From assembly GCF_000143415.4 (NCBI RefSeq), contig NW_003314323.1, positions 186,001 through 250,000 of the forward strand: a DNA stretch of 64,000 nt, read 5' to 3'. Of this stretch, positions 34,129-47,120 are shown piece after piece. Source of the stretch: Selaginella moellendorffii. Taxonomy: Eukaryota > Plantae > Lycopodiophyta. Position 1 is the stretch's first letter. Each line of letters begins with the position of its first letter. A program made the translations under genes and the position numbers. The notes under the pieces were generated by a model that searched no databases, had not been told where the DNA came from, and worked only from the letters and a program-made list of their open reading frames with translations.

Positions 34129-36092
34129 ATGGTCCATTTCGTGGAGAGGGAGGGGATCGAGGGCCGGATCTTCCTCGTCACCGGCGGCGCTGGCTTCGTC
34201 GGATCGGCAATCTGCCTGGAGCTCGTCACTCGCGGCGCTTCCGAGGTGCGATCGCTGGACGTGAGCAAGGCATCGCGAAATCTCCCGGCGCTCAAGGCCA
34301 ATGGCGTGAAATGCATCACAGGTATGGCGCTCACTGCCGGAAATCTCCGTGAATCGAGCTGCGCAGAGACAGGAAATCGCGAATTTCGCGAGGATTGATG
34401 GATGGATTGCAGGTGATGTCCGGCGGAAAGAAGCGGTAGAGAACGCGATCAAGGGCGCGCACTGTGTGTTCCATGTGGCATCGTTTGGGAGCTTGGGCAA
34501 GCAGACGCTCCAGGCCGGGAGGATCGATCAGACCAACTTGGATGGAACTTGCAACGTCATCGATGCCTGTGTCAAGCACGGCGTGGAGAGGCTCGTGTAC
34601 ACGAGCACCAACAATGTTATCTTTGGAGGACAGCCTATCATCAATGGAAACGAGGCCATGTCCTACTTCTCGATCGAGCATCACTGTGATCCTTACGGCC
34701 GGAGCAAGGCACTGGCGGAGCAACTAGTGCTACGAAGCAACAACAGGCCTTCCAAGTATGCTTTCTAGATCACCGAGTTTCACTGCTACGCTCTTCCTGG
34801 TCTTTCTACTTCGTGGTCTTCCTGCTAAGTTCACTGCTAAGTTCTTCGTGGTTTCCTGTTCTTTCTACTTCACTGCTAAGTTCTTCGTGGCTTTCTTGTT
34901 CTTTCTACTTCACTGCTAAGTTCTTTGTGGTTTTGCTGTTCTTTATACTTCACTGCTAAGTTCTTCGTGGTTTTCCTGTTCTTTCTACTTCACTGCTCGT
35001 GCTAAGCTCGTCGTCGTTTTCTTGTTCTTTCTAATTGACTAATGATTTCTTCGTTTCTTCCCAGAAAAGCAAGCCGCAAGCTCTACACTTGCGCTATTCG
35101 ATCGCCTATAGTCTACGGACCCGGAGAAACACTCCATCTCTCAAGAGTCCTCAGCACTGCCAAGCTCGGGCTTTTCTTTTCCAGAATCGGTGAGAGCAAT
35201 GCCAGAACCGACTTTATCTACGTCGACAATCTCGTGAATGCGCATCTACTGGCTAGCATGGCGCTCCTCGATGATGTTCCTGGAACTGGAGGCGTTCCCA
35301 CGGCAGCAGGAAAAGCTTACTTCGTCTCAGATGGTACTTCACAGCCAATTCTCTTTTAACCATTAACACAACGAGCGTTTCTTTTTCACAGACGCGCCAA
35401 CGAACTACTTCGAATTCGTCCGTCCTCTCGTGGAAGGCTTGAACTACAAATTTCCACAGAGGGAGCTGAGCGTGTCGGCTGCTTTGAGATTCTCATGGTT
35501 TTTCTGGGGACTCTATGGATTGCTATATCCATGGTTGGAGAGATCGTGGATTCCAGATCCACTCTTACTTCCTTCCGAGGTCCACAAGGTTGGCCAACTC
35601 TTATTTTTCTCTTCTTGAATCTAAATTGTCTCTCTTGAACAGGTTGGAATCACACACTACTTTTCCTCTCTACGAGCACGCCAGGAGCTTGGCTACGTCC
35701 CGCTCATCGATCAGAAGGAAGGTCTGGAGCGAACGCTTGCCTACTTGAAAGAGAAGAAGCACAGAGAGCTCGAAACGCCAACTTTCGGCTGGTGGATCGG
35801 CATCTTGGCGGCTATGTTTGCTTTGTTTTGCTCGGCCTTCGTGCCTGACCCCTTCATGGGACCATTCGAGTGCGTGCGGAGCCTGGGAGTCCTCCTCCAC
35901 GGCTCGATCCGGAACCTCAAGCTGGTGTTCCTCACCGCGTGCCTCGCTCACGCCGCGGAAGCTAGCTACGCCTGGAAGCTCGCAAAGTCTGTGGATCCCG
36001 AGAACGCGAAGGGATGGTTCTGGCAGACGCTAGCGCTCGGCTTCCCGTCCCTCAGGCTGTTGCTCGCGAGATCCAAGCGGAAGAATGCGTGA
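34129..36092 (+). CDS. 3-beta-HSD/SDR42E1-like short-chain dehydrogenase with C-terminal membrane (TMEM254-like) domain, multi-exon
   Basis: LVTGGAGFVG Rossmann motif; YGRSK catalytic YxxxK; TCAIRSPIVYGPGE; DFIYVDNLVNAH; C-terminal HAAEASYAW...WFWQTLALGFPSLRLL. Confidence 0.9.
34779..35035. repeat. Intronic minisatellite (~38-bp unit, about 6 copies)
   Basis: TTCACTGCTAAGTTCTTCGTGGTTTTCCTGTTCTTTCTAC repeated in the SDR intron. Confidence 0.85.
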
Positions 36093-36261
36093 AGAGATGG
36101 TAGAAAGAAGCTCCCTGGGAAGAGATGGATCGAAAGAAGTTCTCTGGTGAGAGATGGATAGAAAGAAGTTTCCTGTGAAGAGTGGAGTTCCCAGGAAGTT
36201 TTCGAGAGAAGTAAAATCTTTGTTTAGAGCAGCTTGGCGAATCAAGAAGAATGTTATGGTG

Positions 36262-36360
36262 GAAATCTCTGTTCTAAGCTCTCGAAAATAAAAGACAAAA
36301 GAGCAATCCCAATCTCCCGTGACAGTGGAATTAATAAAAACTTGGGCACGCTCATGGTCG
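36262..36360 (-). pseudogene. Short R2R3-MYB 5' remnant (same as 61490-61585); marks the end of the duplicated block
   Basis: Near-identical to the VPK/intron/LEQR portion of the MYB pseudogene at 61.5 kb. Confidence 0.6.
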
Positions 36361-36369
36361 GTTGATAGA

Positions 36370-37156
36370 TCAGCCAGCGATGAGAGCGTACAATGACAAT
36401 TCCAGAGATTCCCTGGCCAAGTGCCTGATGTCCAGTGCCTGGATAGAGAAAATGAAGTGAAGAAGAACCAAAAAGGAAACTCCAGAGAATAGAAGAAAGA
36501 TCTAGATTTCTTATACCTTGCTGCGAATGCAAAGACTAGCCATGGCTGGACGGTTCTTGGATCCCGATCCCGGCGCCGATAATTCTCCCCGATCGATCGA
36601 GATGGTCGCGTCCTGGACGAGCAGCTGGTGCTGCCGCAAGATCCACAGCACGCTCAGCAGCAAGCCCTGGCGCATACTGCAGCTCATGCTCAAGAACACG
36701 TCGGATTCGCAGATGTGGAGCCCCACGGGGCCGCCGCCACGATCCATCGCCGGCAGCGAGGAGCTTGCGATCATCAAATTCCTTGACTTACAGCGGCGTC
36801 GATCCTCGAGCACGGATTTCCTGAGCGCCAGCTCCTGGATTTGGCGCTGCAGTGACTGGATCAGCGCCATTGCCTCGGCGATGACCTCGCATCGATCCAT
36901 CTGTACAGCAAAGAAGCAAGCAAAGCATTTAGCCCTTTGTTTGATCTTGGCTGAGAATCCTAGCGATCGATCGAATGTGATGGATGCAGCGAGAGATTAC
37001 TACCTTCCAGGATTGCGATTGGAGCGGTAGCAGCACGCGCAGTCGATCATACAGCTCCTGTACCTCCTTCCGCCGCTCGCGCTCCGACCAGATGTGATTG
37101 ATCCGCTGCATGTAACTCCGGCTCCGCCCTCCCTGCGCCGGGATTAGATGATCCAT
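36370..37156 (-). CDS. bHLH transcription factor, ZHOUPI/bHLH95-like with C-terminal ACT-like domain (copy A), 3 exons
   Basis: HIWSERERRKEVQELYDRLRVLLP..K|MDRCEVIAEAMALIQSLQRQIQEL; VGLHICESDVFLSMSC...GLLLSVLWILRQHQL; exon 3 ALDIRHLARESLELSLYALIAG*. Confidence 0.85.
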
Positions 37157-37365
37157 GGCCGCGATCCTCCTCCTCTCGCGCGAAGTTTTCGAAATCTTTT
37201 GGAATAGTCAAGCACCAAAGGAATTATAAATATTCCGAACTTTCTTTCCAGGGAATCACACCGTACGCGCGGTGTTTATGATCTGTATAGAAGCCCAGAC
37301 TCGTGGTACGATGCTTGCAATGCCCGTGAACGCCTGGGCGAAGTCCGTGGATCATGCCTTGGCTT

Positions 37366-38126
37366 CTACCTCATGAAGCACTGCCAGACGACGCAGCCAA
37401 GATCGCCATCCATCAAAGGGCTTTGACCGTGTGATTGTAGCGATGCTGATGATCCAGCACTAGACGTCGCCGTTGGAGACGAGGCTGATTCTTCTGCTGG
37501 ATTGCCTTGGAGGAGGTGAGTATCATGAAACTCTTCTCCTGCGGGGTCTGGAATCTCCGGCGTGGGAGGAGATGGAGGTGGGTCGCTTCTTTCATGATCT
37601 TGAGAAACGGGTGAGTGGGCTACAAGTGCCTTGTTCCTGATGCGCGAGTTCCACTGGTTCTTCACATCGTTGTCTGTTCTTCCGGGAAGCTGGGAAGCAA
37701 TGTAAGCCCACCTGTGATTGATATCAGTGATGAGGATAAAAACGTGATGGTGCCGGATCAAACACCTGTTTCCAACAAGCCCATGGAGCTCGATGAGCTT
37801 TTGATTCTCCTCGTCGCTGAATTTCCCACGTTTAAGGTCCGGTCTCAAGTAGTTCATCCACCTTAGTCTACAGCTCTTCCCACTTCTTTGGAGCCCTGCA
37901 AGAAAGCAGCGAAATCGGTCCTATAGAAAACTGAGTGAGTGAGATCGTCAATCAAACCCGCAAGCTTGGGAACAGTGGTCCATACGTTTCCACACCCGTG
38001 CTGCAGTATGAAATTCAGCAATAGCTCGTCCTCTTCTGGCGACCACAGTCCCTTCCTCACGATCGAGCTCGAGCTCGTCGCGCCTCCCAATTCATGATCG
38101 TCGGGTTGTTCTCTTCTCGAGACCAT
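37366..38126 (-). CDS. R2R3-MYB transcription factor (copy A), 3 exons
   Basis: [14 protein letters not shown]...WTTVPKLAG|[26 protein letters not shown]...VGNR|[25 protein letters not shown]; canonical intron positions. Confidence 0.93.
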
Positions 38127-38980
38127 GTATCGGTGAAGAACTTTGTGACGAGGATTTCAAAGAAGATGAATTCATTTCAAGCTTGCTCTTTTGGTCATGG
38201 ATCAAACTCATGGAAGGACAATATCAGTTGACACACATTTCTCACATTCCAACCACCAAACACAAAAACACGGTAATGTTTTCAATTTTTTTTCTTCTGT
38301 CTTCTTCTTTTTGTCTCAGCTTCATATTAAGAATCTGACAATAACTTTATTTTCTACTGTCCCAAGGTACAAAGCTTGAAAGTCCTTTCCGCAAGCTGGC
38401 CCTTTGACAGAGATTGCAAGATTGAGGCCAATGTTTTAGATCTATAGTTCTGAGTACAGTGTTTCACCTTTTTTAATACCTTAAGATGAAATTACTATAT
38501 AAAAATAAATTCTAAAAATCCAGTTTCTAAAATCTTTTTTGTGACAGAGAAATGATAAAAGAAATGCATTATGTCAAGTAACACATATTGGATTATAACT
38601 CATGCTTGAAAAAATTCACTTCAAAATATATACCATCTTAGCAGTATATGTCAAAACAATTAATATGCATCACAGAATGTTTTTCTTAGAAGAAAATCGA
38701 AATAATTTTAGTATTTTCTTTTGGAATTTTTTTAACCAAGAATAGCATCATGTTTAGGTTCAGGTTTAGTAAATCAAGGAACGTTTAGGTTCAGGTTTAG
38801 GGGGTTTTAGCGGTTACTCAAATCAAATTGGGGATGAGTATAAGTATATTCTAGGCATCAAAAATCACCTGAGACAAGGAAATGGATTTTTTGATAAAAG
38901 GGAGAAGATGTGGAAATAGTGGTCATAGCAGCAAAGTATGGATATAGTTGCCTCCAATTTTCATGCTTGAACTTCACATC

Positions 38981-39367
<387 letters not shown>

Positions 39368-40287
39368 TGTGAGTGCTTGGAATATGGAAAGGGAATACAA
39401 AAAATGTGCATATCAATTAACCCAAAAACCCTAGCTTATATATATGAGCGAGTGGTCCGGATTGAAACAAATCTGACGGCTACCAAATCCTACTACATTA
39501 ATATTAGTATACGGCATCGTAGCTGTACACTTAGCCCTCACATCATCCCCTCTTTTTAGAATAATAAAAGACCATCAAGGTGCTTTTGTAGACAGGCCGG
39601 GATTTGGAAGAACATCATGAGGAGGCATTGGCGGATCTGTAGGTGGTATTAACTGCTCCTGATCCTGTTATATGAAGTGTTTTAATTGCTGCACATGCAC
39701 AATCTTTAGAGGATTGGCCTGCTGAACATCATGCCAAACTTCATAAATTTATGGTCCAACTTGCCACAACACCTGATATGGTCCTTTCCACTGCACGAGG
39801 AGCCCCTTAGATAAACCACATACCATAAGATGGGGAAAACAAACTAACACCAAATCATCTACTTTGTACTCTGTAGGTGGACGATGATGGGAGTTGTAGT
39901 GCCATTGTTGTTCCACTTGTACGCAGCCTAAGTGTTTGGCAAACTCTGCTTGGACAAGTGGAAGAATGCTCGTCAAATACTGATCCCACGATCTAGTATC
40001 AGTAGCTTGTGGCAATTGCAAAGGTAAACCCAACTCCGTTGGTAATATTGGATCATGACTATATAAAAGTTTATATGGTGAAGCACCAATAGAACACTGC
40101 ACCCTTGTGACATATGCATACTGAAGAAACGGGAAATAACCATCCCAATCCGAATGCTGAAAGTTCATATACTTCACAATCATCCCTTTGAATGTCCAAA
40201 TGAGCCGTTCCACTAGACCGTCTGATTGTGGATGATAAGCACTCGTGAAAATATGGTATATCCCCAACCGAGATGTCAAAACATGAA

Positions 40288-40840
40288 TGTAAGCAACCAA
40301 AGGGAACGATTATAGAGACGGTCCATGGGGTTCAAATATAGAGGGAAAGGGCCCATGAATAAGAGTGCACCCCCTTTTCCAATTGGTTAAGGGTCTTGGG
40401 ATATTTGGGGTTAAGCGTCCTTGGGTTTGAATAGTACTGGGCTGGGTGACCTCCCGAGAAGTCCAAACTCAGGAGTTTACATTTGGTATCAGAGGGGTCT
40501 TGCAGGTGAACTTGCAGGGAAGCGTGGTGGATTGTAAGCAACCAAAGGGAACGATTCGAGAGACGGTCCATGGGGTTCAAATATAGAGGGAAACGGCCCA
40601 TGAATAAGAGTGCACCCCCTTTTCCAATTGGTTAAGGGTCTTGGGATGTAAGCAACCAAAGGGAACGATTCGAGAGACGGTCCATGGGGTTCAAATATAG
40701 AGGGAAAGGGCCCATGAATAAGAGTGCACCCCCTTTTCCAATTGGTTAAGGGTCTTGGGATATTTGGGGTTAAGCGTCTTTGGGTTTAAATAGTACTGGG
40801 CTGGGTGACCTCCCGAGAAGTCCAAACTCAGGAGTTTACA
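40288..40840 (+). mobile_element. Cassandra-type TRIM with 5S rRNA-derived segment in the LTRs
   Basis: 194-bp LTRs 40288-40481 and 40647-40840 (TGTAA..TTACA), partial LTR 40533-40646; PBS TGGTATCAGAG; 51-bp internal region; TSD ATGAA; 5S-like GTTAAGCGTCCTTGGG...TAGTACTGGGCTGGGTGACCTCCCGAGAAGTCC. Confidence 0.92.
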
Positions 40841-42526
40841 ATGAAATGCCTCAGCTATAAATGCGGGACTATTATCTAAAAGAATCCGGTCTGGACAAGA
40901 ATGCTGGAACACCACTCGATTGAGGAGGAAGTATTCAACAGTAGTTGCAGAGGTGCTAGCAAGAGCACCAACTTCCACCCAGCGAGTTAAGTAGTCAAAA
41001 ACAATAATAACATACTCATTATCAGCAGTCGACCGTGGAAAAAATCCCATAAAATCAAACACCACCAACTTAAATGGACGGGAAACTACAATTGACTCCA
41101 ACTGTCTTTCCGCAGCATGAGGAGGAGTATTACGAGCTTAGCACCAAATGCAGCTACGCACATACCGGATAATATCACGTCGCATCTCCGGCCAATAAAA
41201 AGACCTACACAGCTTCTCGGTTACATGACAATGTCCCATATGGCCAACTAAAACAAGAGAATTATGGTAAGCATGGAGAAATTGCGGAATAAAGACAGAA
41301 GGCACCACCAGCCGTAAATGATCATTAAGATCTGTCCCCATAAAATAAAAAAAGCTGTCTTCAAGGTGATATTGAGAATGTAAATGCTGGAAAGGCAAGT
41401 TATCAGCAAGTGATGCAGGATTCTCAAACCCATCTCGAAACTTTTGAATCCATGGCTCAATCTTTTGAGCCTTGTAAACCTCATCAAGAGAAGGTAAATC
41501 TTGCTCTGCATTTTATAGATACTGAACGTCAAGTACAACAACTGTCGACGGCACAGAATCCTTGTTTATAAAATCCACAGATGCTAGAACAATATGCTCG
41601 TCAAAAATATAAGAAGAGAGTGGAGAAGGAAGAGGAGCTCGAGAAAGGGTATTAGCATCAGCCATAGAACTTCATATGCGATGAACAACATCAAAATCAT
41701 ATATCTGAAGCTTCAAAGCCCATTGAGTAGTACGACCAATTAGGTTCTTTCGCTTCAATAAAGAAGTAACAGCAGTATGGTCACTTTCAAGTAACATCCG
41801 AAAACCATATAGATATGCATGAAGTTTCTCGAAACCCCAACCTGCTACTAAGCACTCCTTCTCTGTCGTGGAGTAATTCATCTCCACTGATTGTACTGTA
41901 CGGTTTATACACACAATGGGATGGCATTGACTAGGCACACTCGAGCTTTCTTGCATCAACACACCTCTAAGACTAATGTTAGAAACATCCATGCGCAAAA
42001 TAAAAGGTTGAGTGTAGTCAGGATATGCCAAAACCGAAGGAGTCCTCAATAGCTCTTTGAGATCCACGAACGCTCGCTCACAATCTGGAGACTAGATGAA
42101 AGATGACGTTGACGACTTCAACAATACTCAAAATTGTGCAGTGCGATCAGAAAGATAATCCACAAAACAACCGAGATATTGCACCTTGCCCAAGAAGAGT
42201 TGCACATCATTTACACATTTCGGAGTAGGGAACTTTAGAATAGCCACAAGTTTGTCAGGATCAACAAGAAATATGGTACCCAAGATAAATTGTGTCCTTG
42301 GATCCAAATGTGCACTTCAACCACTTTAGTGTGAGACACAAAACCCCTAGGCCCCAAAGTGGAGCCGGAAAGGGTGCCACGTGGTAGTGGCCGAAGTGAA
42401 AGCCAAACGAGTGTAACACGTTTGGACTAAAAGCTCTGACTTGGAAGGTCGAAAGCAGGAATGGAACTCTCAACAAAGTGCTCAAGGAGCGAGCACGAAG
42501 CGAGCAATAAGCAAGGCTCCAAAAGA

Positions 42527-42831
42527 GGACCCGAGGTGGAGTCCGAGATGGAGTCCGAGATGGACCCAAGGTGGAGTCCGATATGGAGTCCGAGATGAAG
42601 TCCGAGATGGAGTCCGATATGGAGTCCGAGATGAAGTCCGAGATGGAGTCCGATATGGAGTCCGAGATGGAGTCCGAGATGGAGTCCGATATGGAGTTCG
42701 AGATGGACCGAGATGGAGTCCGAGATGGACCCGAGATGGAGTCCGAGATGGACCCGAGATGGAGTCCGAGATGGAGTCCGAGATGGACCCGAGGTGGAGT
42801 CCGAGATGGAGTCCGATGGAACCGAGACCGG

Positions 42832-42874
<43 letters not shown>

Positions 42875-42947
42875 TCCGAGTCCGAATCCGGGACCGAGAC
42901 CGAGTCCGAGTCCGAGTCCAAGTCCGAGTCTGAGTCCGAGTCCGAGT
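42527..42947. repeat. Tandem repeat array in 5' LTR: 12/11-bp GGAGTCCGAGAT/GGACCCGAGAT then 6-bp GACCGA/GTCCGA
   Basis: Directly visible. Confidence 0.95.
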
Positions 42948-45900
42948 ACTAATACAGGCAGTTGGGCAGTTGGGTGAAAGCCCAAAGCGATCGTCCCCCA
43001 GGGGGGGGGGGGGGGGGCTGCGGGGGGTTCCAAAAGTATAGTAGGGAGAGTGTGGGGGTTGGAGCCCAGTGGAGCCAGTTTGGCCAGGAAAGGCCAGTTT
43101 GGCCCAAGAAGGCCGGACCCAGTGTTAGGTGATGAGCTGACCATTGGGAAGTCCAAGACTAGAGTGAACACGAACCGACAAGTGGGGTAGCTTGGTGAAG
43201 TGTTCAAGAGCCGGCTCTAGTTCCCCCGGGAGATCGACTGGCCGATGCTCCTAGTCCAAGTGTGGGTGGCACTACCTACTTGGATACCAGGCGTGGCTCA
43301 ACAGAACGTCGCTTTAAGCCCATGGCTAGAGCACCCAAGGGCGGAAGGCGGGGAGAGTACCCAGGTGGCTCGTGTAAGGCCACGGTGTTCCGAAATGTTG
43401 TCCCAAAGGCCCAGACTATGGAAAGAAAGAGGAGCAGTCCTCTAGGGTAGTGACCAAGGACACAGTCATGTGGTGAGGAAGTCCCAGAGGACCGTGGGAC
43501 TTAGTGGTCGGGCCTACGGGCCTCGATCCAGTGGCAGTGTTGACGAACACGGCCATGGACGAAAAGGGACTTAGTGGGGACTGGAACGGAGATATTGGGG
43601 AAGGCTAATCCCTATGTTGGTGGGCATCCTAAGGATGCTAAGGAGTGGATCTGGGATGATCACTCATGGATGGATGGCCCAGTCTTTGAGTGACGGGACC
43701 GGGATGCAGGAGGTGTCAGACCATCGTTGTGACCAAGGTGAATGGGCATGGCCTTAGCGTAACAGGCTGATATGTTGGTGGTACCTTGGGGTGTCGGTCA
43801 TGGGATCGGACACGTGGAGCACTTGAACCAAGTGCACGAAGTTGAGTGGCGGGGATGCCATTCTCGGGGCTAGTAAACCCAAGTCCAAAATAGGACTTAC
43901 GGAGGTTGTGAGTGAGACTCCTCCAAGTGGTCGGAGGTGCGGTTAAGTGACTAAAGCAAAATGGAAAATTTAGTCGCTTACAATTTGGTATCGGAGTTAT
44001 TCCTTAGTCTGACTTTTATTGGTGCTCAAGTATATCACCATTGATGTTGGCATCGGAAGGTCCTAGGAGTGGGCCTATCCTTGAGGAGTAGCATGTCGAG
44101 AGGACATGGCTCTCCACTCAAGTTCATGCGTGAACTTGGGCACAATGTGGTGGATAGAAAAGGGCTAATAATGGAACGACTTTGGGATTTTGGGAACAGT
44201 ATAAGGTCTCCTCAGAGAGCTGAGGATATGATCCAAATGAGCATTTGACGCAGCAAACGGGCTAACGTAGTTATGATAAACAATTATAGTTGGGATCATG
44301 GGAAAGATGTAGACTCCAAAACAATAAAAGAGTCACAAGATTATCCTCATATAGTTGAGGTTGGTGCTCATGAATGTGAGACCAGAGGTAATGACCGTGG
44401 GAGGTCAAATATGGAAGAGGACTCAAGTCCTTGAAATGGTAGCCGGGGCTACCTTTAATAAATGCTGGAACAACCCAAGGAGTTGGGGGGTGTACTTAGA
44501 GATGAGTTGGTATTCTCATCGCATGGACAAGTAGTCCTAAGGGGCAAAGGTTGCCCCCAGAGAACAAAATCAAGTGTCAGAGTAACACTTGTGAAAATAG
44601 TCCTTTTGAGTAGGATAGGAATGCAAGAAGTGTATTCCAGTGAGCTAGTGCCTCACAAGTAGGACCTTACGGGTCTGTGGATTAACCAAGTCCAAAACTG
44701 CTGGATGACTCAAGTAAAGTCAAGGGATGATCCTAAAAGGACTGATGGAAGCATTTGGACTGAGGTGTGTGACCTCTATGATGCAGTGCTAACGGATGGT
44801 TGGCTTGAGAAAGAGTGGTATTGGTCTTGGCAAAGACTTAGACACAAAGAAGAAGTGTTATAGAGGTAGGCTCGTGGAGCCGATGGTGTGGAGACACCAA
44901 ATGTGCCAAGGTGTGATACCTTGAGGCTATGTTAGTGGGTTCATGAGAACCCTTTGCCAAAGGAATCCCAATAGAAATGGGAATGGCATAGCCTAAGCTG
45001 CAGAGCATGCAGTTGGAGTGTGGTGACCCAGATAATGATGGAGGTGTGGAAGCACCAGCAATGAGTTGTAGGACTTGACAACTACGAGGCAACTAAGCAA
45101 GAGGTGCAAAATAATTGGTTAAACGGGTAGAAGGTAGCTACCCAAGCCTTCTTAATGGCATAGGGAAGTTGGATATACCCTTACAGGGGATAAGTTGCTT
45201 ATGTTGCGATATAGTAAGTCAATGTCATAAAAGGAAATACTCATTGTCAAGGAAGTTGTCATTGGGACACCCGAACACTCTAGAACACCAAGAGGTGGTG
45301 TTTGATGTCGCGAGGGCAGTAGATAAGGCCCAAGGGACTAAGTCCCTAGCGAATGATGGATAGTAGGTGCTATCCAAATGTCCAAGGTGGCAGAGACAAG
45401 AGAAGACTGTCTACTCGAATTGGATAAAGCCAAAAATGGAATTTTGGCAAGGCTAGCGATAGGCATGCAAAGGCCCGTAAGCAACAATGTAATCCCGGTG
45501 TGTGGGATTATAGAGTGAGCATACCTGGATTGAGGAACCACTCCCTAGGCTATCGGGTAGGTTCATCCCTAAGAATACTTGCTAAGGCATGATAGAAAGT
45601 GCAAAGCTATCCTCCTGGTCTGGAGGAGAATGACCGAAGGAAAGGTGTGAAGCCAAAAGCAAGAAGTAAGGGGATAGAACCGAACCATAGGAATCGAAGG
45701 GCATAACCAAGGTTGGCTATGCCAGTTGGGAGTGGAGAATCAAGTGGGGGCTCGAGGGTGTTGCCGCTAGTAACCGTGATGCCATGAAGAGTCTAAAATA
45801 TGGAATTGTCTATGTTAGACTATATGGTAATTGGAAAGCTTGCAAAAAAGGAGGCCTTAGCAAGCTAAAGGACAGGGTTCCTTCAAGGTTCCCAAAGATG

Positions 45901-47120
45901 ATTCTAGGTAACTTAGTACCTAGAAAGGCCAAGCGTAAATGGTTCAAGGAACGCGCGAAATCAGAGTGGCGCAGCAGAAGCGTGGTCTTGAACCTTGCCA
46001 TGAGGCAAAGCTATCAAGGTTAGGGAAGTAGTTCCCGAGTGTTCAAAGAGAGGGCTTTGAACGAAAGTCAATGACCAAGGGCCTTCATGCTTGTGCAGGA
46101 ACCATGTTACAGTGGTCGGAGGATTTGCCAAAGCGAGATTGGCAAGTCAGGGGAACAAATACCCTAGTTGAAGGTGATAACTTCAAAAAGGGTGGGCCAT
46201 GGGGCCAAGTATGGAGGAGTCCATGCATGATCACAGACTTGTCAAGTGAGAAGACTTGGCAGTGTGGAGGAACTAGGTTCCTAAGCTGTGATCTATGGCG
46301 CGCTTTGAGTATAAGTTGGTGCACCGACGTGGGGAGTCACGCCAGGCATCCTGGGTGATGCCGTCCGTAGATGCATATACGGAGGTTGGGTTCGAGTCCC
46401 GAACCTCTAGTGCTTGGGTTCGAGTCCCAACTCACTAGGGCGTGGTGATGGTTTGGAATATGAGGACACTCATTTTTCGGTGGTCATGGACTCTCAGTGT
46501 GGAGACTGGCTTGGGCACACTGCCAAGCGAGGGATGCCTCGGAGTCGTGATGCACGGTTAGATTGCTTAGTATGGCTCAGCATATCTAACTTGAACACTT
46601 TGGTGCAAGTGGCACCAAGGACGTGGTGAATGAGATGGGGACACCCAGTCTCAGTTGCTATGGACCCTTGGCTGGAAGGGCTGGCTTGGGTGCACCGCCA
46701 AGTGTGGGGGATGCCCTCGGGGTCGTAGTTAACAAGTTAAAGGTCTAGAAGACCTAGTACCTATTGACAAACCTGTTAAGGTGCTGAGGTGAGATCACTA
46801 AGTGATCTTGTGGCTAAATAAGGACAAGGTCCTTGTTTGGGCTAAGGAATAAGGTTCCTAGTTCAAAGTGTTGATTTGAACTATTGATGATGGTGTGGTT
46901 TGGTCAAGGTGACCAAGTGGGAAAAGCACCTTAGGGAAATGAGTTATGTCATTGCGATGGCATAGTGTGTCCAAGGAAAGTAGTCTCTAAAGAGACCCAT
47001 GGGAGGGTCACAAAGTTGGGCCGTGGATAGAGCCCACAGCAGAAGATGCTAAAGAGACTTACTAGGGGTGAACACTCTAGTCTTGGCAAAGCAGAGCTTT
47101 TGCTATGGAATCAAAAGAAT

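Noticed and set aside
37160-37370. Spliced MYB-bHLH fusion protein
   Set aside because: The donor at the MYB end is phase 2, and the acceptors I tested give a stop or the wrong frame; a TATA-like box precedes the bHLH. Not supported without cDNA
38750-38812. Telomere-like TTTAGG repeats
   Set aside because: Only a short duplicated TTTAGGTTCAGGTTTAG; too short and degenerate to call interstitial telomere
40409-40464. 5S rRNA gene
   Set aside because: Only the internal promoter portion is present, embedded in TRIM LTRs
42527-42947. Possible CRISPR-like array
   Set aside because: Head-to-tail short units with no unique spacers; eukaryotic LTR context
42427-43207. Repetitive ORFs (MESE, SRTP, RDRD, GLGL), also at 50521-51552
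   Set aside because: Products of stop-free tandem repeats within LTRs; open in many frames; no coding evidence
46380-46432. Two GGGTTCGAGTCCC B-box/T-arm-like motifs
   Set aside because: No cloverleaf or A-box recognisable; short local duplication in the LARD interior
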